Source: Polyangiales bacterium (GTDB taxonomy: Bacteria; Myxococcota_A; Polyangia; Polyangiales; Houyiibacteriaceae). From it: DNA of 64,000 nt. Below are positions 1 to 9,513 of the stretch, in pieces. The stretch lies in NCBI GenBank assembly GCA_045106895.1, contig JBGCFM010000149.1, positions 1-64,000 on the forward strand, in the 5' to 3' direction. The notes beneath the pieces were generated by a model. It had not been told where the DNA came from and made no database searches. It saw only the letters and a list, made by a program, of their open reading frames with translations. The position numbers were made by a program, and so were the translations under genes. How positions within the stretch are numbered: the first letter of the stretch is position 1; each line of letters opens with the position of its first letter.

Positions 1-323
1 CCCTCCCCGGCGTGAGCCATGGTCCAGTCTTTGGCGCGGCTCATCGCATCCGCCGGATCCAGCCCTTCCCGCACAAGGCGCGCCCGGTCGAGGCCGTTCA
101 CCGCCATGGCGTCAGGCTCAAATTCCTCCGAGATGGGCTGCAGCTCCACGTAGAGCGATTCGGCATCGGCGGAGGCCCGACGAAAACGCCCGTCGCTCAT
201 CGAACCCGCCGGGCCGATGGCAAAGCTCAGCAGCGAGTAGGGCCCCGGAATGGGCCCGTGGGTTTCGACGTCGACGGAGAAATACACGTCCGTTTTGTCC
301 CCGAAATTCGCCGCCGTCGACAT
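1..323 (-). CDS. DEDDh-family 3'-5' exonuclease, partial (runs off the left edge)
   Basis: Not in the ORF track. Translated by hand from ATG at 323: MSTAANFGDKTDVYFSVDVETHGPIPGPYSLLSF...LYVELQPISEEFEPDAMAVNGL. The YFSVDVETxGP ExoI motif is typical of this family. Confidence 0.8.
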   Translation of the reverse strand, partial: MSTAANFGDKTDVYFSVDVETHGPIPGPYSLLSFAIGPAGSMSDGRFRRASADAESLYVELQPISEEFEPDAMAVNGLDRARLVREGLDPADAMSRAKDWTMAHAGE

Positions 324-364
324 GCGGCGGACCCTAGCATGACGCCGACGCTTGTGAGCGGTGC

Positions 365-658
365 CTACGGACTGGAGAGCGGCGGAAAGTAGAAAGGGCC
401 GTTCAAGGTCTCTGGATCCGTACTCGTCCAAACGAAGATGCCGCCGTGCGTCGCGTGCTCGTTGAACACGGCGCTCTCGAGGTGTTCTTCGAGGAGGCTC
501 AAGCCCAGCTCGATGGCTTCTTCGATGGACGCAACGCCCGTGAACTTCGTCTTCCAGCGTGCACCGCGCGCATCGCGGAAGACGACGCAACAGCTCGCCT
601 CATGCAGGTCAAACTGCGCCTGCAAACGTGCGATCTTCAGCGGGGCTATCTCGTGCAT
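365..658 (-). CDS. small hypothetical protein
   Basis: ORF fills the gap between the tRNA-Asp terminator and the exonuclease; ATG at 658; no recognisable motif. Confidence 0.45.
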   Translation of the reverse strand: MHEIAPLKIARLQAQFDLHEASCCVVFRDARGARWKTKFTGVASIEEAIELGLSLLEEHLESAVFNEHATHGGIFVWTSTDPETLNGPFYFPPLSSP

Positions 659-677
659 CCGACCAAGGGCCTTAACC

Positions 678-706
678 AAAAAAGCCCCTGCAAATGCAGG
701 GGCTTT
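678..706 (-). terminator. rho-independent terminator of tRNA-Asp
   Basis: AAAAAAGCCCCTGCAAATGCAGGGGCTTT: hairpin followed by a T-run on the minus strand, directly after the tRNA 3' end. Confidence 0.85.
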
Positions 707-708
707 GG

Positions 709-785
<77 letters not shown>

Positions 786-823
786 AGGTAGTCGCTCTGT
801 GGGTTGCCCCTCAGAGCGAGCCG

Positions 824-853
824 ATTCTTAGCGTGTGAATTCATGGCTGTCAA
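824..853 (-). promoter_or_regulatory. sigma-70-type promoter of tRNA-Asp
   Basis: Minus strand TTGACA-N17-TAAGAA(T), about 40 nt upstream of the tRNA. Confidence 0.7.
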
Positions 854-959
854 AAAAGAAAACGTCGAATCATGAAAAGAGTTTCACTTCGTTCATTTCG
901 CGGCGGGCACGCAAATCACGAGACACCGAAAAACAAGGATCCGCGTTGATTCGGTGCGC

Positions 960-1640
960 TCAGTCGAGGCGATCCCAATGCGCTTCGAAGAGCCGCTTTG
1001 CGCGTTCGAAGGCGTCCGAAGTGCGTGCAGAAACGAGCAGATGGTTTGTGTAGTCGAGGTTGAGCACGGTGTCGTCGTCGCCGTAGAGCGTGAACGCTTC
1101 CTTCGCGCCGGCCCACGGCCACACCGGCAGGTCGAGGCGCGGGTAGTGCTCTGCGACAATGCTCGCCACGTCGCCGTAGCCGAACGCAGCTCGCGACGCC
1201 CAATGAGCTTGATGCAGCGTCATCTGAAAGTAGAAGTCAGAACACGTTCTATTGACCTCGCCGAGTGAACCTACGTTTGTCTCCGTCGCGACGACGGGTG
1301 GGTCGTCATGGTGCCAGTCCGAGAGGCGGACGCCCCAGGTGAGAACGCATTGGTTCTCGATGTAGAGGTCGACGCGCTCGTCCCTCACCGCGAGCTCCTC
1401 GGCGGGAACGACGCGGTTGTTGCCGCGGCCGAGCACGGGATGGCGGGCACAGAGCCGACACCACTCCCTCACGGCGAGGGGCATCCTCAGACCCATGCGT
1501 TCCTCGGCGGCATCACAGGCATCCTCGCTCGCGCGTTCAGCCGCTGCGGCTTCTACGGCTTCAGCGGGGTCGAACCAACGCTCGATGAAACGCAGCATCG
1601 GCGTCCAGCCCGCCGAGAGCGCGCCGCCCTTCCCTGTCAT
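960..1640 (-). CDS. SMI1/KNR4 (SUKH)-like protein
   Basis: AEERMGLRMPLAVREW and IENQCVLTWGV resemble SMI1/KNR4 motifs; overlaps the upstream stop codon (ATGA); alternative start at 1598. Confidence 0.55.
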   Translation of the reverse strand: MTGKGGALSAGWTPMLRFIERWFDPAEAVEAAAAERASEDACDAAEERMGLRMPLAVREWCRLCARHPVLGRGNNRVVPAEELAVRDERVDLYIENQCVLTWGVRLSDWHHDDPPVVATETNVGSLGEVNRTCSDFYFQMTLHQAHWASRAAFGYGDVASIVAEHYPRLDLPVWPWAGAKEAFTLYGDDDTVLNLDYTNHLLVSARTSDAFERAKRLFEAHWDRLD

Positions 1641-2779
1641 GGGCAGTCGAAGACCATCCCGAGGGCCGCGATGAGGGCGTCGGCGTCTACAGCACCGGCG
1701 TCGTCGCGCCCAAGCTCGGTGACCAAGAGGTCCGCCTGCGCCGGCATGCGCGCGCGCGTCTCGCGCTCGAGAACCGGCGCCAAGGCCTGGAAGAAGCCAA
1801 AGTGGTAGCCCTGCTCTTCGCCGGTGGTGTCCCGTAGAGCGACGAGGTGCTGCGTCACCACGGCGGCGACGCCGTCGAGGATTGCCCGGTCGTATTGGTC
1901 GCGCGCTCGCTCGCGGAGCTCGAGGTTCGTCGCCGTCTCTTCGGCGTCGAGGTCACGCCAGCAGCGCAGCGCGAGTAGACCATCCCAGGCGCGGTCATGG
2001 GCGGCGGGGTCCGCGGCGGCGACTCGACCGGCGAGGCCGAGTCCGCCCCGCGCCTCGGCGCCGCCCGTGTAGTACGCGTAGGCGCTGTCGCAGTCCTTCG
2101 CCTTCGTGGTGCAGGTGAGGCCCTCTTTGTACGTGGAGACGTAGAGGAAGCGGAGCAGCGCGCCTTCGACACGGCCGGCGTGGAAGCGCGGGCTCTCCTC
2201 TTCGAATCCGCGCATGAGCGCATCGAGGAGGATGGGCTGAATCTGCGCGGGGCCCGTGCAGTAGTCCATGAACATGCCAGGGATCAGCTCTTCGGAGCAG
2301 TCCGTGCCGTCGGGGACCTCGAAGTGCGGGTCGTAGCGGCGGACCACGCGGGAATCGAGACCTTCGTCTTCCTGGTAGATCATGCGCGCCGCGAGGAAGT
2401 CGTCGGAAGAAGGCGTGCTTCCCGCGTCGAAGAGCAAGTCGGCGATGCGCTCGAACCCGCCGACGCGGACGATGGTACTGATGGTTTCCTCGACACGAAC
2501 GTACTCCCCGGAGTCCGATACGCAGGCGGGCCACATATCGTCGGCGCAGACTGCGTAGTCCGTCGGCAACGCTTCGCACACGCCGGGTCCAGGAGGAGCC
2601 TGGTCTTCGGCGCGGGGCACGCAGCTGCCGCCGTCCGCCGTCGCGTCAGGTGCAGCGTCCGCCACGAAAACGTCGCTCATTGAACTGTCCGCGCCGGCGT
2701 CCGCAGACGAGTCGTCGCCGCAGCCCACAAAGAGGAGCGCGCACAGAAGAGAGTAGAAGAGCGCTTTGTTCGTATTCAT
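1637..2779 (-). CDS. lipoprotein co-transcribed with the TonB-dependent receptor
   Basis: Lipobox LFVGC followed by GDD; Cys-rich, predicted helical C-terminal part; starts 5 nt after the receptor stop. Confidence 0.75.
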   Translation of the reverse strand: MNTNKALFYSLLCALLFVGCGDDSSADAGADSSMSDVFVADAAPDATADGGSCVPRAEDQAPPGPGVCEALPTDYAVCADDMWPACVSDSGEYVRVEETISTIVRVGGFERIADLLFDAGSTPSSDDFLAARMIYQEDEGLDSRVVRRYDPHFEVPDGTDCSEELIPGMFMDYCTGPAQIQPILLDALMRGFEEESPRFHAGRVEGALLRFLYVSTYKEGLTCTTKAKDCDSAYAYYTGGAEARGGLGLAGRVAAADPAAHDRAWDGLLALRCWRDLDAEETATNLELRERARDQYDRAILDGVAAVVTQHLVALRDTTGEEQGYHFGFFQALAPVLERETRARMPAQADLLVTELGRDDAGAVDADALIAALGMVFDCP

Positions 2780-2784
2780 AAGTT

Positions 2785-5010
2785 CTAGATCTCAGTACCG
2801 AGGGCCAGGCGAACACTTCGCCCGGGACCGTTGATGGAGGAGCCGTGCACGCGGTAGGCGGCGTCGAAAACGTTCTGGAAGACGAGGTGCGCGCGAAAAT
2901 GGTCGTGCCGATAGCCGACGCGAAGGTCGAGGAGTCCGTAGCCCGGCGTTCCGCCGATGGGAATTCGCGCGTCTGCCTCATCGCTCGGCGCCAAGCGTCG
3001 CTGAGCCGCGGCCCAGCGCACAGCGGCACCAAGATAGACGCCGCTCTTGGCGTGGAGCCAGCGCCCTTCAAAGGTTCCCCCCGGAGGCGGAGTGCGAGAC
3101 AGCGGGACACGCTCGTCGGCCCCGTTTGAAGCGCCGGTATTCGGTCCCTCGGACCACGCATACTGATACGTCCCCCGAAGCGTGACGTCCGCAGGCAGGT
3201 TCAGCGTCACGCCACCCTCGGTGCCCAAAATGACCGCCTGGGCGTCGGCGTTGAGGAGCTGAAACTGGGTCCGTGATGCGCCACAAGACGGCGTCTGCGG
3301 CGGGCAGTCCCCGGCCTCGCGGACGCCGTGGAAGATGCCGTCCCGAAGGAGCGTGGCGTAGCCCCATACGCTTAGCTCGATCCACTCGTGGTCGATCTCG
3401 CCGCCAAGCTCGAAGGTAGTGGAGCGTTCCGGCGTGAGCGCGGCGTTCTCGAACTGAAACCCAGGCCCGACCTGTTGACGCGAGGTGAGGTCGTCGAGAT
3501 TCGGCGCACGAAAGCCCTGGTCAACGTTCACAAAAATCGACGCCGGCTCGGCGACGCGGAACTCGGCGCCAAAGCGGGCAACCGGTGCGAACCAAGTCTC
3601 GCGCACCGCCAAAGACCCGGACTCCGGGTCCGCCGATGCGCGTGCACCGACCACCGCAGCGCGGGCGCCAGCGCGAAGGGAGAGCCAGGACGCCATGGAG
3701 AGGTCCACCTCTGTGAACGCGCCGAGGGAAACGTAGCGGGACCCGTCGATGTACTGCCCGCGCGAGCGATCAAACGTCCGCTCCAAGTCCGTGAACGTCT
3801 GCGAAGCGTCCGAGCGAACGGTGTCGCTGTAGGCCTCAGCGCCGAAGCGAATGCGCCAAGGACGCGCACCCTGAAAGCGACGAGACGCCGCACGAAAACT
3901 CACGCCTAAGGTGTCGACGCGGTTGTTCCACTCATGCTGCACGAAAGACTGCGGCCGGTCCCGCACTCGCTTCTCCGCGTGCCGCTGCCAGGACGCGTTG
4001 AGTTCGACCTCGTGCAGCGCTCCGACATCGCCACGCAGCGCCACGTAGCCGAGGGTGCGAAACTGCTCCTCGATGCGCAGACACTCTGAGGCGGGCGCCT
4101 CAGGAGCCGGGCATTGATCCGTGCGGGGCGCATCAAACTGCCGGTAGCCGAAGAGCGCCGCGCGAAACGTCAGGTCCTCCGTGATCTTATGAACGAGACG
4201 CCCGTCGAAGGTCGCCTCTCGAAACCCCGTGCCGCGCTGCGTTCGGCCGTCCTCTTCGAATCGCGGAACGAGCGGTTCCGGGCGCCCCTCGTTGGCCACG
4301 ACGCCGCCGGCCTGGAGCTGCCCCACGTCTCGATAGCCTCCGCCGAGGATCACAGCCGTACGTCGACCGAGTTGGGCTTCGACCTCCGCGCGGCCGCCAA
4401 TCGCGAGGTCTGCGGACCCGAAGCGGGCGAGCGCGCGGGCACCAAAGGTGACGCCGTCCGCGTCGGGGTCGAGCGTTGGCGCGATGGAGTGGGCGAGGAT
4501 AGCGCCGCCCAGCGCGTCGGAGCCGTAGCGTGTCGAGGCACTTCCGCGGACGACTTCCATGCGCTCCAAGGTCAAAGAGTCGACGGAGAAAAAGTACTGG
4601 TTCGGCCCCTGCCGGTAGACGCCGTTGTTCATGCGAACGCCATCGAAGAGATGAACAACCTGCTGCCCGGTGAGGGCTCGTACGAAGGGGCTCGCTTGCC
4701 CGTGCGCGGTCTGTTGAATCGAGACACCGGGCTCATACACGAGCGCTTCCGGCGCCGATTGGGGGAGGCGCTCATCGAGCTGCGATCGCGAGACCTCGGA
4801 GCGCGACTGACTGTCCTCTTGCGCTTCATGGTCGTTCGGTGCGACCGCCGCGCGAGCGCCGTACTCAAAGTCGTCGTCGTCGCCCCAATCTTCGTCGACG
4901 GGGGGCGGCTCCGCGTCTTGGGCGGACGCCGTCGCGCAAAGCCCAAGGCCCGCGAGCCCGAGACCTGTGACAAGGGCCAGCAGCGCCCAGCCCCTTTCGC
5001 ATTGCTTCAC
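2785..5010 (-). CDS. TonB-dependent outer-membrane receptor
   Basis: Signal peptide; plug motifs LFDGVRMN and ERMEVVRGSASTRYGSDALGG; barrel motifs GFRAPNL and NVFDAAY...GRSVRL. Confidence 0.95.
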   Translation of the reverse strand: MKQCERGWALLALVTGLGLAGLGLCATASAQDAEPPPVDEDWGDDDDFEYGARAAVAPNDHEAQEDSQSRSEVSRSQLDERLPQSAPEALVYEPGVSIQQTAHGQASPFVRALTGQQVVHLFDGVRMNNGVYRQGPNQYFFSVDSLTLERMEVVRGSASTRYGSDALGGAILAHSIAPTLDPDADGVTFGARALARFGSADLAIGGRAEVEAQLGRRTAVILGGGYRDVGQLQAGGVVANEGRPEPLVPRFEEDGRTQRGTGFREATFDGRLVHKITEDLTFRAALFGYRQFDAPRTDQCPAPEAPASECLRIEEQFRTLGYVALRGDVGALHEVELNASWQRHAEKRVRDRPQSFVQHEWNNRVDTLGVSFRAASRRFQGARPWRIRFGAEAYSDTVRSDASQTFTDLERTFDRSRGQYIDGSRYVSLGAFTEVDLSMASWLSLRAGARAAVVGARASADPESGSLAVRETWFAPVARFGAEFRVAEPASIFVNVDQGFRAPNLDDLTSRQQVGPGFQFENAALTPERSTTFELGGEIDHEWIELSVWGYATLLRDGIFHGVREAGDCPPQTPSCGASRTQFQLLNADAQAVILGTEGGVTLNLPADVTLRGTYQYAWSEGPNTGASNGADERVPLSRTPPPGGTFEGRWLHAKSGVYLGAAVRWAAAQRRLAPSDEADARIPIGGTPGYGLLDLRVGYRHDHFRAHLVFQNVFDAAYRVHGSSINGPGRSVRLALGTEI

Positions 5011-5051
5011 AACTGGGCTCAGTGTCCTAAGTACCCGACATATTTGGCAAT

Positions 5052-5089
5052 CAGGGGAACCCCCTGTTTTGAGCAGGGGGAAACCCTTG
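5052..5089. promoter_or_regulatory. tandem palindromic operator candidate upstream of the TonB receptor
   Basis: CAGGGG-AAC-CCCCTG (perfect) at 5052-5066 and CAGGGG-GAAA-CCCTTG at 5074-5089; starts are 22 bp apart. Confidence 0.5.
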
Positions 5090-5119
5090 CTCCATCAAGC
5101 TCCGGCGCCAATTCGGGCG

Positions 5120-5755
5120 TTACGCCTCTGGATCGATGAGCCCAAGACGGATCGCGTGGCGAACCACGGTGGCAGCATTCGTCGCGCCAAGCTTCGCCAT
5201 GATCCGCTGCCGGTGCCCTTCCACGGTCTTGACGCTGATCCCCAAGGTGCCCGAGATCTTTGGGCTCGAGTGGCCCTCGGCAACAAGCTGCAGCACCTCG
5301 CGCTCCCGCGTGGAGAGCGACGCGCCGCGAAGTTCGTTGCCTTCATCGACGAGCACCGCCGCGGCATCCGGGCTCACAAAGGCCTTGCCCGCGGCGACGG
5401 AGCGAACCGCTTGCTCCAAATCCGCAAGCCCCGCGCCTTTGACGAGATACCCGCGGGCACCGGCTCGAAGCGCCGGGCAGACATACTCACGGCTCGCATG
5501 CATCGAAAGGACCACCACCTGGGTGTCTGGAAACGCTTTGAGAACCCGCTCCGTCGCGTCGATTCCATTGAGGCGCGGCATCGCCATGTCCATGAGGACC
5601 ACGTTCGGCGAGCAGGCACCGATGCCCTCAAGCGCCTCATGGCCGTCGCTCGCCTGACCCACCACTTCGATGCCGTCGCAGTCGTCGAGGAGAGCGCGGA
5701 TGCCTTCCCGTACGAGGGTGTGATCATCGACAAGAAATACGCGGATGGGGGTCAC
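5120..5755 (-). CDS. NarL/LuxR-family response regulator
   Basis: REC domain (VFLVDDH, LMDMAMP, YLVK) plus LuxR HTH (LSTREREVLQLVAEG, SVKTVEGH). Start moved to GTG at 5755. Confidence 0.95.
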   Translation of the reverse strand: MTPIRVFLVDDHTLVREGIRALLDDCDGIEVVGQASDGHEALEGIGACSPNVVLMDMAMPRLNGIDATERVLKAFPDTQVVVLSMHASREYVCPALRAGARGYLVKGAGLADLEQAVRSVAAGKAFVSPDAAAVLVDEGNELRGASLSTREREVLQLVAEGHSSPKISGTLGISVKTVEGHRQRIMAKLGATNAATVVRHAIRLGLIDPEA

Positions 5756-5837
5756 AGAGCCAACGTAGCGGAAAGTGCGCTCCGTTGGATCCTCGTTTCG
5801 AAAATGATCCCACTCACGCGAATGAATGGGGACGGAG

Positions 5838-7205
5838 TCACTCGCACTCGTAGAGCGACACGAAGGTTTGGGGGTCCTGTGGGTCCGAGACGAGGAGCTT
5901 ACGATGGACGAGGACCTGCCGGCCGTTGGCGGCGACATCGATGGGCGCGAGCGTCTCCGAACCGAAGTCCCGCGCCTGCTCATCGTGGAGCAGGGCCCCG
6001 CTGGCGTCGATGGCGAGGAAGCGCGTCGCCGTGTCGACTCTGCCGCCGCCCCACGCGTAGCCCACGGCGATGGCGAGGCCGTAAGGCGTTGGCGCCGCAC
6101 GAATCGATGAGGAGAAATAGCCGCCGATCCCGCCTTCGTAGGTGCGCTCCAACAGGCGGCGGCCATCTTCGCCGAAGACGACGACGCTGATAGACATCCT
6201 TCGGTCCACTCCAACGAACGCCCATGCCCCCGGCACGGGGTTCCACGGAGCGAGCGTGCTTGGCCCTTCTTCTACGCGTCCGAAGGACACCGTGGTGGGA
6301 GCCGGCGCTGAGCGTGGCCACGCGTGGAATGAGCTCGTGCCGCCACCACTCGTGCTCAGCGCGGCAAAACCGTAGGCCGCTGGGCTGAGAGCCGTGAAGC
6401 CCAAGCCCCCGGTGAACGGCGCTTCGCGGAGTCCTCCGCGAGGCCCGACACGTACAAGCTGTGCCTGGGGTGTACCGCAGTCGAAATATTGCCCCGTCAC
6501 GCCCCATCCCGCGCCGTCGGATACGAGGCCCTGACACTCTACGGCCGGACAGTCCGGCCTCAGCCTCTCGTGAAGAGTAGCCTCGACGACGCCGCCGGAC
6601 TCCTGAACGTGAAGGCTCTCCCCGGAACAGACGGCGAACTCGCCGTCGCCCGCCGCGATGTGACCTGGGCCCGTCGCCGCACCGATGACGAGCTCTTCGC
6701 CGGTCTCGATTCGTCCTCCTTCGGTACGAAGGCCGCGCGACAAAAGAAGCGACGGACGGTCTCGGCACTGCCGCTCTTCGGTGACGAGTAGCTGGAACGA
6801 GCCGTCCATCGCGACGACCTCGGGGTAGTTCGTCGAACCGCAATCCGCCGTGGGCCAATCGATGACCTGTTCGTCGACGAGGACCAGGCGGCAGTCCATT
6901 CCCGCGTCGACGGCGCCGGAGGCATCGATGGAAACGGCGTCGGGAATCGCCACATCGAACGACGGGCTATCGAACGACGGGCTATCGAACGCGACGTCGA
7001 CACGCGCTCCCGCGTCGATGGCAGCATCCGATGTGACCTGACGGGACGCGGAGCACGCCAGGAGCGTCAAGGAGAGCGTCGCGAGGAGCACCGAAGACCT
7101 CCGGGCCTTGGAGACAGAGCGCGCGACTTGGACGCCTGCGCTGCGTTGAGCGAGGCGAGAAGACAGCGCAGCAAAACACTTCCGCACGTTGATAAAAATC
7201 CACAT
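5838..7205 (-). CDS. hypothetical secreted protein / lipoprotein
   Basis: Hydrophobic stretch ending LLACS, Asp-rich linker with a duplicated FDSPS, then a beta-rich body. True start is probably downstream of 7205. Confidence 0.6.
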   Translation of the reverse strand: MWIFINVRKCFAALSSRLAQRSAGVQVARSVSKARRSSVLLATLSLTLLACSASRQVTSDAAIDAGARVDVAFDSPSFDSPSFDVAIPDAVSIDASGAVDAGMDCRLVLVDEQVIDWPTADCGSTNYPEVVAMDGSFQLLVTEERQCRDRPSLLLSRGLRTEGGRIETGEELVIGAATGPGHIAAGDGEFAVCSGESLHVQESGGVVEATLHERLRPDCPAVECQGLVSDGAGWGVTGQYFDCGTPQAQLVRVGPRGGLREAPFTGGLGFTALSPAAYGFAALSTSGGGTSSFHAWPRSAPAPTTVSFGRVEEGPSTLAPWNPVPGAWAFVGVDRRMSISVVVFGEDGRRLLERTYEGGIGGYFSSSIRAAPTPYGLAIAVGYAWGGGRVDTATRFLAIDASGALLHDEQARDFGSETLAPIDVAANGRQVLVHRKLLVSDPQDPQTFVSLYECE

Positions 7206-7294
7206 AGAAGCCCCTTCGAGAAAGCGCGAGTGATCGACGGCCTCTGACCCGAAGACTGATTTGCTGGCGCCCTCCCCGCTTCGAGACGCTTCGA

Positions 7295-8602
7295 CTAACC
7301 TAGCGGAAAGTGAGCCTCGATGGTGGTTCCGCCGTCCGCCGACTCGATTTTGACGCCACCGCCCAGAAGCTCGGCGCGCTCGCGCATGGACCGAAGCCCC
7401 ATGCCCGTCTCGCTTTCGGCCTCGGTGAAGCCGTCTCCGTCGTCCCGCACGCGCAGCGTAATTCCGGCGTCGTCTTGATGAAGCGAGACTCGCGCCACGG
7501 ACGCCTTTGCGTGCCGCGCGACGTTGGTCAGTGCTTCTTGCGCGATGCGATAACAGGCCGTCTCCACCGCAGCCGGAACAGGAGGCAGCTCGCGTTCTCC
7601 TTCTGAGATTTCACTCACGAGCGCAAAGGGTGCCCACGACGCGACGTCTTCGCAGTGCCTCGCCAGCGCGCGCCGAAGCCCAATCTCACTGACCACCGCC
7701 GGGCCAAGCGCCGCGAGGGTCCGCCGTACTTCTTCCATGACTCCGTCCACCTGCTTCAAGGTCACCTGCGTGAGCTCCTGAACCTTCTCGGGGTCGTCCC
7801 GCTTGTTCGCCAGGCGCTGGAGGTTGAGACGTATCGCCGTGAGCACCTGACCCGCCGCGTCGTGAAGATCTCTCCCGATGGCACGGCGCTCTTCAACCTG
7901 CGCGCTCGTCGCCTCGGCGGCGAGCTTTCGTAAGTAAGACTCCTGGTTTCGAAGCTCGTCGTAGGCCCGCTGAAGCTCTTCCACCTGAACTTCGACTTGG
8001 TCTTCCAACGACTCGTTCAGCTCCGAGAGCTTCTTCTCCGAGGTGCGGAGGCGCCGAAACGCGTCATCCGTTTCGCGCTCAGCGTGCTGAAGCGCGCGCC
8101 GGGGCAGCACGAAGAGAAGCCACGACAAGAAGAACCCAAGGACCATGAAAGGCGCGAGGAGGCGCAACGCCGAAGAGCGGGCCCGGTCGAGGGACATCGA
8201 GACCCACACGCTGCCGTTCGCTTCCTCCCGCTCCGACGCCACAGGCGCCCAGGTCCACACCTGAGCGCTCGCTTCATGAATGCTCTCGCGTTCAGCGATG
8301 AGGCGCTCACGAGCGTCGTAGACCCGAATCTCGAGGAGCTGATCATGCAGACGAAACGCGCGGAGGTGCTCGAGGATCTTCGACGAGTCGTATCGCCACA
8401 GCGCCGGTCGTGCCTGCGCCTCCACGCGGAGCGTCGCGGCGAGGTCGTGGGCGAAGACGTTGCCCTGACGTTCGAGCTCGCTGACGGAGACAACGTAGAA
8501 CGCGACTGGCGCGCCGAGCATGGTGATGCTCGCCACAAGAGCCAACACCGGCAAGGTCTGTCCCGCGAGGGCCGCGCGAAACTTCTTGGACGGCGTGGGC
8601 AT
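7295..8602 (-). CDS. sensor histidine kinase (HisKA_3 type)
   Basis: Two TM segments, coiled coil, H-box ERRAIGRDLHD, N-box YRIAQEALTNVARHA, G-boxes DDGDGF and GMGLRSMRER. Confidence 0.95.
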   Translation of the reverse strand: MPTPSKKFRAALAGQTLPVLALVASITMLGAPVAFYVVSVSELERQGNVFAHDLAATLRVEAQARPALWRYDSSKILEHLRAFRLHDQLLEIRVYDARERLIAERESIHEASAQVWTWAPVASEREEANGSVWVSMSLDRARSSALRLLAPFMVLGFFLSWLLFVLPRRALQHAERETDDAFRRLRTSEKKLSELNESLEDQVEVQVEELQRAYDELRNQESYLRKLAAEATSAQVEERRAIGRDLHDAAGQVLTAIRLNLQRLANKRDDPEKVQELTQVTLKQVDGVMEEVRRTLAALGPAVVSEIGLRRALARHCEDVASWAPFALVSEISEGERELPPVPAAVETACYRIAQEALTNVARHAKASVARVSLHQDDAGITLRVRDDGDGFTEAESETGMGLRSMRERAELLGGGVKIESADGGTTIEAHFPLG

Positions 8603-9513
8603 CAGTCGCCCACCTCGTCCCGCGTAGCGCCGGCGGCGTCGCTGAGGGGCATATACTCCGCCTCCTCAATGATGCGCCGACCCGCGGGCCCGCGTACAAA
8701 ATTCACAAACTCAATCGCGGACGCGCGCGGGGACGTCGGAAGCGCAAAGCGTAAGTCCTTCGTGTAGGGATACGCTCCACGAGCGAGAAGCGCAGGAGTC
8801 GGCGCCGGCCCCAAGGGCACGCTCCGAACGTCCGTCGCCTGGGCCTCTAAGAAGCCCAGATCCAACAAACCAATGGAGCCAACCACCGTGCTGAGCACGT
8901 GCTCCATGGACTGGTCCGTAAACACGCTGCGAAAGCGCTCCTCCTGCTGAGCCTCGCGAATCGCTGCACCGAATTCGGCGTCACGGGCCGAGAGTGCAGC
9001 GAAGGTCGAGTCCCCTTCTTCACGGAGAATCGGCACGATGCGCTGACCGCTCGGCGTCTGAGTGTACGTGCCCGCGTAGATAGCCCGTAGCGTTTGAAGG
9101 TCCATGGCCCCAAGCTCCAGACGCGTGGCGACCACAACGCCGGCGCGCGCATAGGGCTCCTCGGACACGCCGCGCTCTTCTTCCTCGCGCAAGGGCCGAG
9201 ACACGAGCGCGATGTCGATAACCCCATCGCGAAGAGCCTGCAGACCGCCTCCACTTCCAATGCTCGCGAGGACCTGCGCTTCGCCACCGCCGGCACCCAT
9301 CCACCCCTGCACAAGGCGCCGAGTGAGCGGAAGATTCGATCCCGACCCTGCCAGCAAAAGAGGACCCATCCGTGCTGCCGACTCGGCAGGGAGTGGGCGC
9401 GACAAGACCGGCGGCGTGTCGCTTTGCTCGACACTCGCCACGGCGGTGATGGCCCCGGCGACAACCACAAGCACTACGAGTGCTCCGTGCAGCGCTCCGC
9501 GTCTAGCTTTCAT
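8602..9513 (-). CDS. PstS-like substrate-binding protein
   Basis: AGSGSNLPL, SIGSGGGLQAL and DIALVSRPL motifs of the phosphate-binding PBP2 fold; stop overlaps the kinase start. Confidence 0.8.
   Translation of the reverse strand: MKARRGALHGALVVLVVVAGAITAVASVEQSDTPPVLSRPLPAESAARMGPLLLAGSGSNLPLTRRLVQGWMGAGGGEAQVLASIGSGGGLQALRDGVIDIALVSRPLREEEERGVSEEPYARAGVVVATRLELGAMDLQTLRAIYAGTYTQTPSGQRIVPILREEGDSTFAALSARDAEFGAAIREAQQEERFRSVFTDQSMEHVLSTVVGSIGLLDLGFLEAQATDVRSVPLGPAPTPALLARGAYPYTKDLRFALPTSPRASAIEFVNFVRGPAGRRIIEEAEYMPLSDAAGATRDEVGD

Noticed and set aside
5011..5119. Cobalamin riboswitch or Fur box upstream of the TonB receptor
   Set aside because: The gap is only about 110 nt, lacks B12-box motifs, and has no AT-rich GATAAT-type repeat.
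5756..6214. N-terminal extension of the 364-aa ORF 5120..6214
   Set aside because: It overlaps the neighbouring gene in another frame; the REC domain starts at GTG 5755.
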